Assembly: GCA_902566775.1 (NCBI GenBank)
Contig: CACFKF010000001.1
Span: 59,167 to 123,166, forward strand
From: an uncultured Pelagibacteraceae bacterium
GTDB lineage: Bacteria > Pseudomonadota > Alphaproteobacteria > Pelagibacterales > Pelagibacteraceae
Direction of reading: 5' to 3'
Length of the DNA stretch: 64,000 nucleotides
Positions 1 to 9,702 of this stretch are shown here, piece after piece (the stretch's first letter is position 1; every line of letters begins with the position of its first letter). The notes beneath the pieces were generated by a model. That model ran no database searches and had not been told where the DNA came from. It saw nothing but the letters and a program-made list of their open reading frames with translations. The position numbers were made by a program, and so were the translations under genes.

Positions 1-310
1 TAAATCCAAAATCAAATATTCCTGAAAATTTGTAGATAATTTTTATATTTTTTGCAGTAAGCTCAATCAAATTAGAAAGATTATTTGTTTCAAAATCACC
101 TCGCATATAAGCTTCTGCTAATCCTATGCTCCCTTTGCTTATTATTTCAAAAGTTAATCCTGGCTTGTTAATTTTTAGTTCTACATTTAAACTTTTATCT
201 TCTTCTCCAAATAAATATTTTTTTCCATCATGGTTAATTAATGTTAATTTACCATGTTTAATTTGTCTTAAAGTTTTAAATACCAATTTGTCAGAAATGT
301 TTTGAATCAT
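1..310 (-). CDS. cfa: Cyclopropane-fatty-acyl-phospholipid synthase family SAM methyltransferase, 5' part (runs off the window edge)
   Basis: Hand translation from ATG at 310 (ATGA overlap with the upstream stop) gives MIQNISDKLVFKTLRQIKHGKLTLINHDG...GSIGLAEAYMRGDFET, the typical Cfa N-terminal GxxGLxEAYMxG segment. Conserved context downstream of DUF1365. Confidence 0.8.
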   Translation of the reverse strand, partial: MIQNISDKLVFKTLRQIKHGKLTLINHDGKKYLFGEEDKSLNVELKINKPGLTFEIISKGSIGLAEAYMRGDFETNNLSNLIELTAKNIKIIYKFSGIFDFGF

Positions 311-1080
311 TTTAAACTTTCATATGTAATGTTGTTTTTGATTTTAATTTTTTTTTTTACTAATTTTATTCCTTTTAACCAAAGTTTGAATGCCTCAAAA
401 TGTATCGCTCCAATAATTTTAAATGACATTAATGGATGAGATATATATGAAAATATCAAGTTTTTACTATTTATTTCTTTTTTTAAACCGCCTTGGGAAG
501 CATAAAGGAGTTTTCCAGTATCATCATTTTGATTAATTACAACTAAAAGTTTATTTTCTGGTTTCAAAGTTTTAAAATAATACGAGCAATTCATTTCAAT
601 AAATGGAGATACGTGAAATTTTTTTTTACAAGAATGTCTTAAAATTTTTTCTGTTTTGTTAATTTTAAAAACATAAGTATGTTGTTCGCCAAATGTATTT
701 TTTACTTCATATAATATTGAAATTAGGTTTGCATTTTTATCATAAACAAAAAAAATACTTAATGGATTAAAAACGTATCCCCATACTCTGGGATAACATA
801 AAAGTTTAATTTTTATTTCTTCTGAATTTATATTGTTATTATTTAAATGTTTTTTAACCCATGAAATTAAAGATGTTCCATCTCTTGGCCCATGATCGAT
901 ATCATAAAAGCTAAGTATATTGAATTTATTATAAGAAAATAATCTAATATCTTTCTCTAATATATGTAGTTCCGACAGATCAATTAAAAGTGAAAATACT
1001 TTATACTTAAAAATATGTTTTTTTGGCTTAAAGCGTTTGTGAATTACTTTTCCAATATAAATACAAGATGATTTAGTCAT
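307..1080 (-). CDS. DUF1365 family protein (UfaO-like)
   Basis: Motifs VIHKRFKPKKHIFKY, GYVFNPLS, EVKNTFGEQH and KKFHVSPF; lies between an FAD oxidoreductase and cfa. Confidence 0.88.
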   Translation of the reverse strand: MTKSSCIYIGKVIHKRFKPKKHIFKYKVFSLLIDLSELHILEKDIRLFSYNKFNILSFYDIDHGPRDGTSLISWVKKHLNNNNINSEEIKIKLLCYPRVWGYVFNPLSIFFVYDKNANLISILYEVKNTFGEQHTYVFKINKTEKILRHSCKKKFHVSPFIEMNCSYYFKTLKPENKLLVVINQNDDTGKLLYASQGGLKKEINSKNLIFSYISHPLMSFKIIGAIHFEAFKLWLKGIKLVKKKIKIKNNITYESLK

Positions 1081-2317
1081 TTAAATGTTTCAACATATTA
1101 ATTGTAGATTTGATACCATCTTCATGAAACCCATAACCAAAATAACTACCACAGAAAAGTAAATTTTCTTTATTTTGTAGAAAATGTAGTTGTTCTTGGG
1201 CTTTTAAAGCATCAAAATCATAGTAAGGATGCGTAAAAAAAACTTTTTTATAGATTAAATTCTCTGGTATTTCGTAGTTTGGGTTTAGTGTTAAAAAAAT
1301 GTTTTTTTCAACATTTAGATTTTGCAACAAATTCAACCAATATGTAACTGAATTACTTTTCGTATCACATTTAAAAATTGTAGAATTCCAAGCGGACCAT
1401 GCTCTTTTATTATTGGGCATACAATTATGATCGGAATGTATGACTGCGAAATTTTTTTTATATTTAAAGCATTTTAAAATATTGCTTTCTTCTTTTGTAG
1501 GGTTTTCGATAATTGATAAAGCCTCATCTGCATGTGTTGCTATAACCACTTTATCATAATTAAAAAATTCATTTTCTGATCCATAGTACACTTTAATATT
1601 GTTATTATTTCTTGAAATTTTTTTTATAGGGTAGTTTTTATAATATTCCCCACTTATTTGATTAATTACTTTGTTAACGTAAGTTTTGCTTCTATTTGAT
1701 ACAGTAAACCACTGAGGTCTATTTTTTAAATTAAACAATCCATGATTTTTAAAAAAATTAATAAAAAAATTTAGTGGCATTTGTTTTGCTTCATATGGCG
1801 GCATGGACCATATCGCTGCAACCATTGGAACAATATGATAATTTATAAAATAATCAGATAAGTTTTCTTTTTTTAAAAAACTTTCCAGCGTTTCTCTGCT
1901 TAGAATATTAATATTAATATTTGAACATTTTTTGTAAAAGTTAATAATCTCCAAAAACATCTTTATAAATTTAAAGTTAAAAATATTATTTCTGTTCGAA
2001 AAAATTCCATTAATTCCTTTGCCGCAATATTCAATATTTGTATCTTTTACAGAAACAGAGAAAGACATGTTGCTTTTTTCTACTTGAATTTTATTTTCTT
2101 TAAAAAAATCAATTAAATTTGGATATGTTAATTCGTTAAAAACTATAAAACCTATATCTACCGAAATTTGTTTTTTTTCAGTGTAAGCAACATTTATAGT
2201 ATGAGAATGACCACCAAAATGATTTTCTTTCTCGAATAGATCAACATTATGTTTTTTTGATAAATAATAAGCGGCGCTAAGACCTGATATGCCGGAACCA
2301 ATTACAGCAATTTTCAT
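1073..2317 (-). CDS. FAD-dependent oxidoreductase, COG2907 / amine oxidase-like (UfaD-like fatty acid desaturase candidate)
   Basis: IAVIGSGISGL dinucleotide fold, GGHSHT, VDIGFIVFN..TYPN and C-terminal GYGFHEDG. Confidence 0.88.
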   Translation of the reverse strand: MKIAVIGSGISGLSAAYYLSKKHNVDLFEKENHFGGHSHTINVAYTEKKQISVDIGFIVFNELTYPNLIDFFKENKIQVEKSNMSFSVSVKDTNIEYCGKGINGIFSNRNNIFNFKFIKMFLEIINFYKKCSNININILSRETLESFLKKENLSDYFINYHIVPMVAAIWSMPPYEAKQMPLNFFINFFKNHGLFNLKNRPQWFTVSNRSKTYVNKVINQISGEYYKNYPIKKISRNNNNIKVYYGSENEFFNYDKVVIATHADEALSIIENPTKEESNILKCFKYKKNFAVIHSDHNCMPNNKRAWSAWNSTIFKCDTKSNSVTYWLNLLQNLNVEKNIFLTLNPNYEIPENLIYKKVFFTHPYYDFDALKAQEQLHFLQNKENLLFCGSYFGYGFHEDGIKSTINMLKHLND

Positions 2318-2318
2318 T

Positions 2319-3185
2319 TTACTCTTTTTTACTAAAAGCTGACTGTAATAAAATTGCAGAAATAATCACAGCACCGCCAATAAGCACAGTCGCTGGTGGC
2401 ACTTCATTAATAAAAAGCCATGCCCACAATGGACCAAAAACAGATTCTGTTAGCATTAAAACTCCTACTACAGCTGCTGGTGTTGTCCTAGATCCTACAG
2501 TAATTAAAATAAACCCAAATCCAATTTGAAAAATTCCAGCTATTGATGCTAAAATAAAATCTTTAAACGACATGATTAATTGGTCAGCTATAAAAAAACC
2601 TATTAATGCTGCTGCTATCCCAGCTGTAAATTGAGATGGAACCATATCTACATTTGGATACCTTCTAACAATAACAACAAGTATCGCAAAAGATATGGGC
2701 ATTATAAGTGCAACAATATTTCCTAAAAATTGTTCGCTAGTTTGAATAGTTAAAGAGTTGCCGAGTATTATTAAAACTCCAGAGATTCCTAAAATTATCG
2801 AGATTAAAGTAATTAAATTGATTTTTTCCTTTAAAAAAATATAACCAAATAACGCTAGAAAAATAGTTTCTAAAGTAATTATAAAATTTGTATTTGCTAC
2901 AGTAGTTGTATACATAGCAAATACATATGCTGCAAATCCAACTGATAAAGCTAGGCCTCCAAAAAAACCTGGAAGACCAGAATCATAAAAGGATTTAAAA
3001 AAATTTTTCTTATAAGTAAAAAATAAATACACAACAACAGTTATTGAAAAAAAAAATTGCCTCCAAAAAAGGATTTGCCAAAGATTTGCACCTTCAAAAG
3101 ATTTGACAATTATTCCACCAAAACTAAGTGTAATAGCTCCAAAAAAAACTAGTAGAGATCCTGGTAGTTTAGTTATTATATTCAT
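2319..3185 (-). CDS. DMT/EamA family transporter
   Basis: About 10 hydrophobic helices in two EamA-like halves (FLKEKI; ESVFGPLWAWLFINE). Confidence 0.85.
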   Translation of the reverse strand: MNIITKLPGSLLVFFGAITLSFGGIIVKSFEGANLWQILFWRQFFFSITVVVYLFFTYKKNFFKSFYDSGLPGFFGGLALSVGFAAYVFAMYTTTVANTNFIITLETIFLALFGYIFLKEKINLITLISIILGISGVLIILGNSLTIQTSEQFLGNIVALIMPISFAILVVIVRRYPNVDMVPSQFTAGIAAALIGFFIADQLIMSFKDFILASIAGIFQIGFGFILITVGSRTTPAAVVGVLMLTESVFGPLWAWLFINEVPPATVLIGGAVIISAILLQSAFSKKE

Positions 3186-4132
3186 CTTATTTGATTTAAA
3201 ATACTTTGAGTTTCCATAGAGTATATTTTGTGTAAATTCTCTGCTTCAAAAAGACTTACTTCTTTAAATTTAATTATTGAACCTGGTTGAAGTTGAACCA
3301 ATTTATCGTAGTCAGCACTAATAACTACGCCTATCTTGGGATAACCTCCTATAGTGCCGTGATCAGACAGCATTATAATAGGATTACCGTCTGCTGGCAC
3401 TTGGATTACACCTTTGATTAAACCTTCAGATCTTATGTTGGTATCAATAATATTTTCTATCTTTGAGCCTTCTAATCTCATTCCCATTCTGTCAGTTAAC
3501 TTAGAAACAGTAAATTTTTTTTCTAAAAAATTTTTTTTTCCATCATCTGAAAAATAATCATAGTTAGTTCCTTTAATAACTCTAATTTGTTCAATTTTTG
3601 TGTTAAAATAATTTAATTTTTTTAATTGATATGTTTTTTCTGATTTCAATATTTTTATTGAATCGCCTTCTTTAAGTTTCTCACCATTGTTAGCTCCTAT
3701 TTTGGCTTTAGTGTTAGTAGAACAACTATTCCAAAATAGTTCTACTTCAAAACCTCCACTTGCTGCTAAATATCCATAAACCGATTTATTAGTTGATAAA
3801 ATATCTATTTGGTCTCCATCTTCAAGACAATATGTTTGGTAACAATTTCCTTTTTCTATTTTTGAATTTTTTTTCAAAATATTAAAATTCACATCACCAG
3901 TTATCGCTAAACAAGTTCTTTCTCCGTTTAGTTTTAATAATGGACCTTGATATGCAAACTCTATTACTGGAGTATTGTTTTTATTACCGACCAAATTATT
4001 TGATAATAAGTAATTTCTTTTATCCATAGCTCCACTAAAAGGTATGCCTATTTGATATAGATTATTTCTACCTAGATCTTGGTAAGTAGTGTTTATTCCT
4101 GCACGTAAAACTTCAAAATTACTTTTGGTCAT
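3182..4132 (-). CDS. pxpC: 5-oxoprolinase subunit C (KipA / allophanate hydrolase subunit 2 family)
   Basis: QDLGR, SGAMD, DRMGMRL, GVIQVPADGNPII and TIGGYPKI motifs. Confidence 0.9.
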   Translation of the reverse strand: MTKSNFEVLRAGINTTYQDLGRNNLYQIGIPFSGAMDKRNYLLSNNLVGNKNNTPVIEFAYQGPLLKLNGERTCLAITGDVNFNILKKNSKIEKGNCYQTYCLEDGDQIDILSTNKSVYGYLAASGGFEVELFWNSCSTNTKAKIGANNGEKLKEGDSIKILKSEKTYQLKKLNYFNTKIEQIRVIKGTNYDYFSDDGKKNFLEKKFTVSKLTDRMGMRLEGSKIENIIDTNIRSEGLIKGVIQVPADGNPIIMLSDHGTIGGYPKIGVVISADYDKLVQLQPGSIIKFKEVSLFEAENLHKIYSMETQSILNQIR

Positions 4133-4799
4133 TCCAATTATTATATTCTTTTCTATTTATTTTAAAAAAACTAACAGTATCTCCTGGGTTAACTAAAGCT
4201 GGATTTAAATCATTTGATTTATTAAAAATTTTTAGAGGTGTGTTGCCAATAATGTTCCATCCTCCTGGGCTTTCAAATGTATAAATGTTACAAAATTTTT
4301 CTGTTAAGCCAACTGAGCCCTTGGGAACTTTTACTCTGGGAGTTTCTAATCTTTTTAACCTAATTTTTTCATCTAAATTTCCTAAAAATGGCATACCGGC
4401 TATAAATCCAGTCATATAACAAAAGTATTCTTTGGCAAAAAAATTTTTTAAAATTTGATCTTTCGAAATTTTAAGTTTGTCTTCAAGTCTATTGATATCT
4501 AATGCAAACTCATCATCACAGCATACGGGTATTTTTATTAACTTATTTTTGTCGTTATTATATGATTTTAAATCCATATTTTTTATTTCTTTTTTTAGTT
4601 TCTCAAAATTTGTTATATCTAAATCAAAAGTTATAATTAATTTATTATAAGAAGGTGCAATGTTAGTAACTCCAGAAATATTTTTTTCTTTGATATTTTT
4701 AAAATAATTAATTACTTTTGAATTAATTTCTTTGTTTACTTCATTTCCAAAGTCACAATATAAAGCTGCGTCACCAAGATTTGATATATTTTTTATCAT
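4119..4799 (-). CDS. pxpB: 5-oxoprolinase subunit B (KipI / allophanate hydrolase subunit 1 family)
   Basis: GFIAGMPFLG, RLETPRVKVPKGSVG and SPGGWNIIG motifs. Confidence 0.9.
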   Translation of the reverse strand: MIKNISNLGDAALYCDFGNEVNKEINSKVINYFKNIKEKNISGVTNIAPSYNKLIITFDLDITNFEKLKKEIKNMDLKSYNNDKNKLIKIPVCCDDEFALDINRLEDKLKISKDQILKNFFAKEYFCYMTGFIAGMPFLGNLDEKIRLKRLETPRVKVPKGSVGLTEKFCNIYTFESPGGWNIIGNTPLKIFNKSNDLNPALVNPGDTVSFFKINRKEYNNWNDQK

Positions 4800-4827
4800 G
4801 ACGTGTTATACTTCAAGTATTAATATT

Positions 4828-5601
4828 ATGGAAATTAATATCAATTGCGATTTAGGAGAAAAATCAAAGTTTCATTCTATAGAAAATGATCCTGCATTAT
4901 TAAATATTGTAAATTCGGCCAATATTGCATGTGGTTATCATGCTGGAGACGAAGATACGATGGATATGGTAATAAAAATTTCAAAATCAAATGGAGTAAG
5001 TATTGGCGCTCACCCATCTTTTAATGACCCAGAAAATTTTGGCAGGAAAAAAATTTATCTTTCAAATTCAGATATAACTAAACTAATTTTCGATCAGTAT
5101 GAAATACTGCAAAAAGTAGCTGAAAAACATAATGAAATTGTAACTCACATCAAGCCTCATGGTGCCCTTAACAATATGGCTTGTGAAGATATTGATTTAG
5201 CAAACACGGTTGCTAAAGCAATTAACAGTATTGATAAAAATATTATTTTTCTTGTACCTACTGGTTCAAAAATGGAAATTGCTGCAAAAAAGCTAAATAT
5301 GAAAATAGCATGTGAAATTTTTGCTGATAGAAACTATGAAGATGATGGAAATCTTGTTTCAAGATCAAAAGATCATGCTTTAATAACAGACCCTAAAATA
5401 GCGAAAAAACATGTTCTTAACATGGTAAAAAACCAAGCTCTTAATTGTTATTCAGGAAAACAAATACCATGTGAAATTGACTCTGTTTGTATTCATGGTG
5501 ATAACCAAAGCTCTCTTGCTACTGCTAAATCAATAAAAGAAAATTTGTTATCTAATGGTTTGATTTTAAAACCATTAGATAAAATGAAAAAATTTAATTA
5601 A
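4828..5601 (+). CDS. pxpA: 5-oxoprolinase subunit A (LamB/YcsF family)
   Basis: NCDLGE, NIACGYHAGD, GAHPSFND, HIKPHGALNN, EIFADRNY and CIHGD. Start moved to ATG 4828 because the longer ORF overlaps pxpB. Confidence 0.92.
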   Translation: MEININCDLGEKSKFHSIENDPALLNIVNSANIACGYHAGDEDTMDMVIKISKSNGVSIGAHPSFNDPENFGRKKIYLSNSDITKLIFDQYEILQKVAEKHNEIVTHIKPHGALNNMACEDIDLANTVAKAINSIDKNIIFLVPTGSKMEIAAKKLNMKIACEIFADRNYEDDGNLVSRSKDHALITDPKIAKKHVLNMVKNQALNCYSGKQIPCEIDSVCIHGDNQSSLATAKSIKENLLSNGLILKPLDKMKKFN

Positions 5602-5610
5602 TTCTGAATT

Positions 5611-5650
5611 AAAAAAAAGACCCGCTTTACAAATAAAGCGGGTCTTTATT
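5611..5650. terminator. Bidirectional intrinsic terminator between convergent pxpA and the NCS1 gene
   Basis: Perfect 14-bp stem AAAGACCCGCTTTA / TAAAGCGGGTCTTT with a 4-nt loop, A-tract on the left and T-rich sequence on the right. Confidence 0.85.
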
Positions 5651-5673
5651 AAATTGACTATAAAAATAGTTAA

Positions 5674-7126
5674 TTATTTTTTTGATGATATTGCATAATG
5701 AACAATTGCACCTAAAGCTGCACCGATCATCCATGCATAACCTCCGCCGCCACCTAAGTTAGCGAAGAAATCACCTAATCCACCAGGTAAAATATTTGGC
5801 CAAACAGAACCAACAGCAATATAGCCAGAAATAAGCCAAGCTAGCATTCCTTTTTGGTTAAAGCCATCATTGTAGTAATACTTTCCACCTTTTTTATCAC
5901 TAAACAATGCATTTACATCAAGTTTCTCTTTTTTAATTATATAATAATCAACAATCATGATTCCAAATACAGGTGCAAGAATAGCTCCTAGTGTATTTAC
6001 AAAAGGAAACATTCCCATTTGTGTAATCACTGAAACCCATAAACCACCTACAATAAAACCACATATCGCTGTAATTAATCCACCTGTTCTAAAATTAATT
6101 TTTTGAGGCATTAAATTAGCAAGGTCATATGCTGGAGGTACAAAGTTCGCAACCATATTAATTCCAACAGTAGCTGAAAAGAATGCAAATGCCGCTATCA
6201 GTGTAAGAAACATATTGTCAACTTTTGCAACCATGTCAGTTGGTTGTGCAATATATTCACCGAATACCGCAATAGTTCCACCTGTGATCATTAAAGTTAT
6301 AAATGAGAAGAAAATTACGTTACCTACTAATCCCCATAGGTTTCCTTTTTTCATTTCATCTTCATTTTTTAACAAATCTAGCAAAGTCACCGAAGTTAAT
6401 TACAACCGCAGCAAAGTATCCTACCATAATTGAAAATACTGCAAGAAAAGCTCCAAATGATCCTAAACCTTCAAAACCACCTGAACGAGCTCCACCAGAA
6501 AATATTTCTCCAACTTCTGATAAAAGGCCTCCACCAGCTTGTGCCCAAATAGCTAGCATTAACACTACCATAACAACATAGACTGCTGGCCCAGCAAAGT
6601 TTAAGAATCTTTTTATTAAATCTATTCCTTGCCAGAATAAATAAACTTGGAAAAGTGAAACAAAAATAAATGAAATCCACATTACTCCACTCATTCCCAA
6701 AAATTCACTTCCTCCGCTTGCTCCAGTCACCGATGTGATTAAAAGTGCTACTGCCGTAGAAGCTGCATAAGTTTGTGCTCCATACCAGAACATTGCAACA
6801 AGTCCTCTAGCCATGGCTGGAAAGTTTGCTCCAAACACACCCATACTAACTCTAGCAAATACTGGATAAGGAATTCCGTGTTTAACACTTGGCTTACCAG
6901 AAAGGTTTACAAGCCACATAATAAAAAATCCTGCAAGTATTAATGCAAGAAATACAGCCCAACCATTTAATCCTGAAGCCAAAAATAATGATGCTGCCAA
7001 AGTATAACCAAATAAACTTTGAACATCATTTGCCCATACGTTAAAGATTTCAAACCAACCCCATTTTTTTTGACTACTTGGTGTTGGAGCTAAATCTGAA
7101 TTGTAGAGCTTTTTTGATCTACTCAT
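5674..7126 (-). pseudogene. NCS1 family nucleobase:cation symporter (uracil/allantoin/cytosine permease-like), split by a +1 frameshift (real or sequencing error)
   Basis: ORFs 6362-7126 and 5674-6390 encode consecutive halves (GIPYPVFARVSMG; NFGDFARF; GINMVANFVPPAYD). Removing one base of the T6 run at 6365-6370 gives the continuous read FARFVKNEDEMKKGN. Confidence 0.8.
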
Positions 7127-7157
7127 AATAATATCTCCTTATAAAACGTTTTCGCGG

Positions 7158-7186
7158 AAACTATTTTCTTTTAACAATTATGTAAA
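7158..7186 (-). promoter_or_regulatory. Candidate sigma70 promoter for the NCS1 gene
   Basis: On the minus strand, TTTACA-N17-TAGTTT upstream of an AAGGAG Shine-Dalgarno (7135-7140). Confidence 0.45.
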
Positions 7187-7284
7187 TGAATAAATCCAAT
7201 ATTATTTTTTTCGTATTTAAATTAGTAATAATATCACCCAAAATGGACTATTAACAATATTTAAATTCTCTCTGAGGTTGAATC

Positions 7285-8718
7285 TTAGTTCCATCCACCA
7301 ACGGTTTTAACCTCTAAGAATTCTATTAATCCCTCAGTTCCAGCTTCTCTGCCAATTCCAGAATGTTTGTATCCACCAAAAGGAGAGCTTACTGCGATGC
7401 CTACTCCATTTACATCTACCATCCCAGATCTAAGTTTTCTTGCTACTCTTTTTACTTTTTCTTTATCTTGTGTCTGAATATAATTTGTTAAGCCGTAAGG
7501 TGTATCATTAGCTATAGATATCGCCTCTTCTTCATTTTCAAAAGGAATTATAGATAATACCGGACCGAAGATCTCAGTTCTCGCTATCTGCATTTGGTTA
7601 TTAACATCTGCAAAAACAGTTGGTTTTACATAATATCCTTTTTCTAAACCTTGGGGTTTCCCTACTCCTCCTGCAACTAATTTCGCACCTTCATCAATTC
7701 CTTTCTGAATTAAAGTTTGAATTTTGTTAAATTGCACTTCAGAAACTACTGGTCCGATATGATCGCCGTCTTTTTGCGGAGAATCTACCTTTGTGTTATT
7801 TGCTAATTCTTTTACTTTTTCTACAGTTTCATTGTAAATTGATTTTTCAACTAACATTCTTGTAGGAGCATTACAAGATTGTCCTGAGTTTCTAAAGCAT
7901 CTTAAAACACCTCTGGCAACCGCTTCTGGATCTGCATCTTTAAAAATTATATTTGCACCTTTTCCGCCTAATTCTAAACTTATTCTTTTAAAATCTTTAG
8001 CTGCATTTTGAGAAATTAAAGCTCCAGCTCTTGTTGATCCTGTAAAAGAAATCATGTTAATATCAGGATGACTAGTTAAAGCATCTCCAGTAATAGCGCC
8101 ATCTCCATTTATTAAATTAAAAACTCCAGATGGAAACTTTGCCTCATCTATCATTTCAGCAAGTAACATTGATGACAAAGGTGCTATCTCTGATGGTTTT
8201 AAAACTACTGTACATGCTGACGCTAGTGCTGGAATTACTTTTAAATTAACCTGGTTTATTGGCCAATTCCAAGGAGTAATTAATGCACAAACACCTTTTG
8301 GTTCATACAATAATTTTTGATTATTCTTTTCCTCTCCTAAATCTTTTTCAAATTTAAAATCTTTTAATATATTTTTGAAAGATTTTATATGGCTCGCTCC
8401 AGTAGCAGCTTGCATTTCAGTAGAAAATTTCATGGGCGCTCCCATCTCAAGAGTAATAAGTTTTGCCATTTCAGCCCATCTTTTTTTATAAATAACGTAC
8501 AATTTTTCTAATAATTCCAATCTCTCTTCTTTTTTTGTAAAAGCCCAAGTTTCAAAAGCTTTTTTTGCAGCACTAACTGCTTTATCTACATCTTTTTTTC
8601 CACCAAGAGATATTTCTGCACAAGGTTCTTCGCTAGATGGATCAATAACTTTGTAAGTTTTTGATTCGACTGGTGAAACCCATTTTCCGTCAATGTAAAA
8701 ATTTTTTTTATCTAACAT
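7285..8718 (-). CDS. Aldehyde dehydrogenase (betaine/aminoaldehyde dehydrogenase-like), paralog 1
   Basis: ITPWNWP, FTGSTRAG, LELGGK, catalytic GQSC and EIFGPV. Confidence 0.92.
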   Translation of the reverse strand: MLDKKNFYIDGKWVSPVESKTYKVIDPSSEEPCAEISLGGKKDVDKAVSAAKKAFETWAFTKKEERLELLEKLYVIYKKRWAEMAKLITLEMGAPMKFSTEMQAATGASHIKSFKNILKDFKFEKDLGEEKNNQKLLYEPKGVCALITPWNWPINQVNLKVIPALASACTVVLKPSEIAPLSSMLLAEMIDEAKFPSGVFNLINGDGAITGDALTSHPDINMISFTGSTRAGALISQNAAKDFKRISLELGGKGANIIFKDADPEAVARGVLRCFRNSGQSCNAPTRMLVEKSIYNETVEKVKELANNTKVDSPQKDGDHIGPVVSEVQFNKIQTLIQKGIDEGAKLVAGGVGKPQGLEKGYYVKPTVFADVNNQMQIARTEIFGPVLSIIPFENEEEAISIANDTPYGLTNYIQTQDKEKVKRVARKLRSGMVDVNGVGIAVSSPFGGYKHSGIGREAGTEGLIEFLEVKTVGGWN

Positions 8719-8732
8719 GGACTTAACCTATC

Positions 8733-9692
8733 TTAAAGTTTTTTATTTGCAAATAAATTTGTTAATTCATAAATTATTGTAGCTGCGGCTAATGATGTAA
8801 GTTCCGCATGATCATAAGCAGGAGCAACTTCAACCACATCTGCTGAAATTAAATTCATACCTGAAAGACCTCTCAATACATTTACCATTTCTCTTGTTGT
8901 CATTCCTGCAATTTCAGGAGTGCCTGTTCCTGGTGCGTGAGCAGGGTCTAAAACATCTATATCTATAGATAAGTATAATGGATTTTTTCCTACTCTTTTT
9001 CTAATTCTTTCTACTATTTTATCAATTCCTTCTGTTTGAAATTGATCACAATGAATTATTTTAAAACCAAAACTTGCGTCATTTTTTAAATCATCTCTAC
9101 TATAAAGTGGTCCTCTTATTCCAACATGCATTGAAGCATTATCTAAAAATAAATTCTCTTCTCTTGCTCTTCTAAAAGGCGTTCCGTGAGTATATGGAGC
9201 TCCAAAATAAGTGTCCCATGTATCAAGATGAGCATCGAAATGAACTAATGCTACTGGACCTTTGTTAATTTTATTGATCGCTTTTAATAAAGGAAATGCA
9301 ATGGTGTGGTCTCCACCCATACTAATTATTCCACCAACTTTATATAATAAATCTAATGCTCCAGTTTCAATTTGTTTAATTGCTTCATTTATATTAAATG
9401 GATTACAAGCTATGTCGCCTGCATCTGCAACTTGTTGTTCTACAAATGGTTCGGCATCATAATTTGGGTGATAATTAGTTCTTAAATGTCTTGATGCTTG
9501 TCTAATGCTTTGTGGTCCAAACCTTGCACCAGGTCTATAACTTGTACCCGCATCAAATGGGATGCCAACAATTGCAACATCACATTCTTTAACATCACGT
9601 AGTTCTGGTAATCTCGCAAAGGTTGAGGGACCTGCAAATCTAGGAACTTTGGTTCCAAGCACTGGTTGAATTGTTTTTTTATTTTTTTTCAA
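8733..9692 (-). CDS. speB: Ureohydrolase (agmatinase / guanidinobutyrase family)
   Basis: GGDHT, DAHLD, SIDIDVLDPAHAPGTGTP and PRFAGPSTFARLP. Start set at TTG 9692 to avoid overlap with the upstream gene. Exact substrate uncertain. Confidence 0.82.
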   Translation of the reverse strand: MKKNKKTIQPVLGTKVPRFAGPSTFARLPELRDVKECDVAIVGIPFDAGTSYRPGARFGPQSIRQASRHLRTNYHPNYDAEPFVEQQVADAGDIACNPFNINEAIKQIETGALDLLYKVGGIISMGGDHTIAFPLLKAINKINKGPVALVHFDAHLDTWDTYFGAPYTHGTPFRRAREENLFLDNASMHVGIRGPLYSRDDLKNDASFGFKIIHCDQFQTEGIDKIVERIRKRVGKNPLYLSIDIDVLDPAHAPGTGTPEIAGMTTREMVNVLRGLSGMNLISADVVEVAPAYDHAELTSLAAATIIYELTNLFANKKL

Positions 9693-9702
9693 AATATATC
9701 TA

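Noticed and set aside
4732-4827. N-terminal extensions in the ORF track for pxpA, speB, the 3HIBDH-like gene and the GS-like gene
   Set aside because: They overlap neighbouring genes and precede the family N-terminus, so downstream starts were used.
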